A stretch of DNA of 64,000 nucleotides from Shewanella sp. (GTDB lineage: Bacteria > Pseudomonadota > Gammaproteobacteria > Enterobacterales > Shewanellaceae): NCBI GenBank assembly GCA_021462625.1, contig JAJNAU010000001.1:3499-67498 (forward strand), read 5' to 3'. The position numbers and the translations under genes are program-made. The notes beneath the pieces were generated by a model. It ran no database searches. It saw only the letters and a list, made by a program, of their open reading frames with translations, and was not told where the DNA came from. Position 1 is the first letter of the stretch, and each line of letters opens with the position of its first letter. Below are positions 61,307 to 64,000 of the stretch, piece by piece.

Positions 61307-62655
61307 TGCAAGAGGTGATAGCAAGTGCGCTGCGGGGCCTGACGTTAACTCCCGGCAGGGGGATATGGCTGGGTTACAGCGGCGGGGTCGATTCCGAAGT
61401 GCTGGCCAGCCTGCTTGCCGGTTATGCGAAATTGCATTCAGAGCTTAAAGTGACTCTGGTTCATATACATCATGGTTTGAGTGCCAATGCCGATATCTGG
61501 GCACAGCACTGTGCCGATCGCGCGGCTTGTTATGGTCTGGCTTTCAGGCTGTGTCGTGTGACAGTGCCTTGTGGTTCGCGCACCAGTCTGGAGGCGGAAG
61601 CTCGCAAGGTTCGGTATCAGGCCATCCGGGAGCTGATGGCACCGGGCGATATTCTGCTGACCGGCCATCACCAAGACGACCAAATGGAAACTCTGCTGTT
61701 GGCGCTTAAGCGTGGGCAGGGGCCCAGAGGGCTGGCTGCCATGGGCATGCAGCAGGTGTTTGCTGATGATTGCTGGTTGGTAAGACCGCTTTTGAATATC
61801 AGTCGGCGTGAAATTGAAAATTATGCAACGTCTCAGGACCTGGTGAATATAGTGGATGAGAGCAACTTTGACACCCAATATGACCGTAATTTTCTGCGCC
61901 AGGAGATTATTCCTGCACTGAAATCCCGCTGGCCCCATATCGCCCAGACCGCTGGTCGCAGCGCCGCCCTGTGTGCCGAGCAGCAACTGGCACTGGATGA
62001 GGTGGTGAGCGATCGTCTGACTCCGTTATTGCATCAATCGCCCTGGGGCTGCAACCTGGATTTGCAGGGACTGGCTGAATATGCGCCTCATTGGCAGCGA
62101 TTGCTGCTGCGTGCTTTTATCGAAAATCAGCGGGGTGAAATGCCCAGTCAGGTGCAGCTTGAGCAGGCGCTGGAACAATTGCTGCTGGCTCGTGATGATG
62201 CTTCCGTCGCCCTGAGATTCGGTCAGATGCTGCTGCAACGGTATGCCGGTCAGTTGTTTATTTCCCGCCCTCAGGATGATGATGCTGTGGCAACTGTGAC
62301 GCTCCCGTCAGACTGGCTCTCTGTCGCGCTGAGCGGGTATTTGGTTGAGGCTCAGAAGGTGCTGCAGGGTGCCAGAATACACCTGCCCCGTTCGGGGGAA
62401 GTCTGGCAACTTGGGACTGTAGTCAGTATTGGGCTTTCGGGAAGTTACAGGTGTCACCCGCACTTTAGGGACAAGGGTCGGGAGCTAAAAAAATGCTGGC
62501 AGGAGGCCGGGGTACCTCCCTGGTTGAGACAACGCCTGCCCGTGCTGGTCATTGACGGTTGCCTGGCTGCAGTGCCGGGTGTTTGGCTCGAGCGCAGGTT
62601 CCTTAAGCAGGATGCGGAGCCCGGACTGTCATTCAGTTTGTCAGGTCCTCTTTAA
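61303..62655 (+). CDS. tilS: tRNA(Ile)-lysidine synthetase
   Basis: [29 protein letters not shown] and RPLL. Confidence 0.95.
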   Translation: MMQEVIASALRGLTLTPGRGIWLGYSGGVDSEVLASLLAGYAKLHSELKVTLVHIHHGLSANADIWAQHCADRAACYGLAFRLCRVTVPCGSRTSLEAEARKVRYQAIRELMAPGDILLTGHHQDDQMETLLLALKRGQGPRGLAAMGMQQVFADDCWLVRPLLNISRREIENYATSQDLVNIVDESNFDTQYDRNFLRQEIIPALKSRWPHIAQTAGRSAALCAEQQLALDEVVSDRLTPLLHQSPWGCNLDLQGLAEYAPHWQRLLLRAFIENQRGEMPSQVQLEQALEQLLLARDDASVALRFGQMLLQRYAGQLFISRPQDDDAVATVTLPSDWLSVALSGYLVEAQKVLQGARIHLPRSGEVWQLGTVVSIGLSGSYRCHPHFRDKGRELKKCWQEAGVPPWLRQRLPVLVIDGCLAAVPGVWLERRFLKQDAEPGLSFSLSGPL

Positions 62656-63536
62656 CCTGCCAGCCGATAGTTGTTGCGACCGGCCTTTTTCCCCTGATAG
62701 AGGGCTTTGTCGGCTCTGCGATACAGGCTGCCCATATCGTCCCCCTGACGGTACTGGGTTCCTCCCAAAGTAACCTTGACAGCATATCTGGCCAGCGGCG
62801 GATGATTGGCAAGACCGGCCAGAATTCGCTGACACAGTCGGGCACATCCCTGTTTATCCCCTTCCACCAGGATCACAAATTCATCTCCGCCCAGGCGAAA
62901 TGCCTGATCACTGGCGCGAATGGTATTTTGCAGCAGCATGCCGAACTCAGTGAGTACCCGATCGCCCACTTCATGTCCCAGGGTGTCGTTCAGTTGTTTG
63001 AAGTTATCCAGATCCAGGATCAGCAGTGATAAAGGTGCGGCTGAGCGCTGACTGCGGCAGATGCTCTGATTGATATTGCGCTCAAAGAGCCGTCGGTTGC
63101 CAAGCCCGGTGAGTGTGTCAATCAACGCCTGGCGACGGATATCTGCATGTTGTAGCGCATTGTGCATGGGTTGCTGCAGCAAAGACTCCAGTAGTGCCAT
63201 TACCTTGGTGCCGTTAATCGGTTGAAGCAGATAATACTTGAGAGTCCCGGTTTTCCCACGCAAGACAAAGGGTCTTGATAATCCCTGCGCATTGCATTCC
63301 CCCCATTGCAGTTGCTGACAGTCGAAGCTGAGCTGAACACCGGCCAGCGGCAAATATTTGCCGGCCAGGGTGGCAAAGGCTTCGAAGACCTCCTGGGGGT
63401 CGAGGCTGGCATGCAGATACTGCAGCAAGTTGAACAGCTCTGCCTGCCCCGGAAGCCCTGGCTTAAATAGCTGGAGCAGGTTGCCTTTTTGAGTTGGATT
63501 ATCGGAACAAACTGTTGCTTCATTGCAATAAGTCAT
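62652..63536 (-). CDS. Diguanylate cyclase (GGDEF) with intact I-site
   Basis: DTLTGLGNRR, DLDNFKQLND, and RASD five residues before GGDEF. Confidence 0.92.
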   Translation of the reverse strand: MTYCNEATVCSDNPTQKGNLLQLFKPGLPGQAELFNLLQYLHASLDPQEVFEAFATLAGKYLPLAGVQLSFDCQQLQWGECNAQGLSRPFVLRGKTGTLKYYLLQPINGTKVMALLESLLQQPMHNALQHADIRRQALIDTLTGLGNRRLFERNINQSICRSQRSAAPLSLLILDLDNFKQLNDTLGHEVGDRVLTEFGMLLQNTIRASDQAFRLGGDEFVILVEGDKQGCARLCQRILAGLANHPPLARYAVKVTLGGTQYRQGDDMGSLYRRADKALYQGKKAGRNNYRLAG

Positions 63537-63725
63537 GACTAAGTCCTTGGGTTTCCCCATTTTTACTGAGAATCTACAGGAGCCTTTAGCAAAGTTTGTG
63601 CCGTAACCTTTGTTAAATAAATTTGTCTTTATTAGTCATTAGGTTAACCTGAAATGGCTGGGCTCAAAAAATGTGCCACAGCCGGAGTGTCATTTTTTTG
63701 ACTTTTGACCGGAGCAGAGTACCTG

Positions 63726-64000
63726 ATGGAGCACCAATTTCTAATTCCCCTGATGTTGCTGATCGCTATTACTTCGATCGCGCTGCTGAGGCGATTGGGT
63801 TTACCGGCGATTCTGGCCTATTTACTCACCGGGGTCGTCAGTGGACCCAGTGGCCTGAATTGGTTCTCACAGGCGCAGATGCATTCGGTCGCCGAACTTG
63901 GGGTGGTACTGCTGATGTTCAGCCTCGGGCTGGAGTTCTCTGTGCCGCGTTTATGGGCGATGCGTCGTACTGTGTTTGGGCTGGGTAGTGCGCAGCTGCT
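63726..64000 (+). CDS. CPA2 family monovalent cation:proton antiporter (partial, runs off the window)
   Basis: Own translation: MEHQFL...LGLPAILAYLLTGVVSGP...AELGVVLLMFSLGLEFS. Confidence 0.88.
   Translation, partial: MEHQFLIPLMLLIAITSIALLRRLGLPAILAYLLTGVVSGPSGLNWFSQAQMHSVAELGVVLLMFSLGLEFSVPRLWAMRRTVFGLGSAQL

Noticed and set aside
61300-61310. Absence of accA between dnaE and tilS as a deletion
   Set aside because: The genes overlap cleanly by 4 nt, and as I recall this order is usual for Shewanella.
51047-61324. Long antisense ORFs opposite bamA, lpx genes and dnaE (also opposite uppS, tsf and the EF-G paralog)
   Set aside because: Shadow frames expected from codon bias in well-supported core genes.

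Overview
Chromosomal window of a Shewanella-like gammaproteobacterium. The assignment is inferred from the pfaE/pfaR-pfaABCD layout, syd/queF, two CsrB RNAs and dnaE followed directly by tilS. Left to right: the end of a Shewanella-type MITE-like repeat; a Spo0M-family gene; a PepSY/membrane protein/OmpR-family two-component module; an ACT protein; a complete but compact omega-3 PUFA synthase cluster (pfaD-C-B-A-R plus divergent pfaE) with only three ACP repeats; an EF-G paralog with altered GTPase motifs; queF and syd; a DUF1538x2/P-II-like/CBS operon; a patch of small decayed genes; two tandem CsrB-type sRNAs with UvrY boxes; yqcC-truC-flavodoxin; and the core dapD-glnD-map / rpsB-tsf-pyrH-frr-uppS-cdsA-dxr-rseP-bamA-skp-lpxD-fabZ-lpxA-lpxB-rnhB-dnaE-tilS block. 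It ends with a GGDEF gene and a partial CPA2 antiporter. The strongest novel lead is that the pfa regulator PfaR looks like a catalytically dead, domesticated IS481-family transposase. No rRNA, tRNA, CRISPR array or intact IS was seen. Family calls come from motif recognition only; no database search was run.
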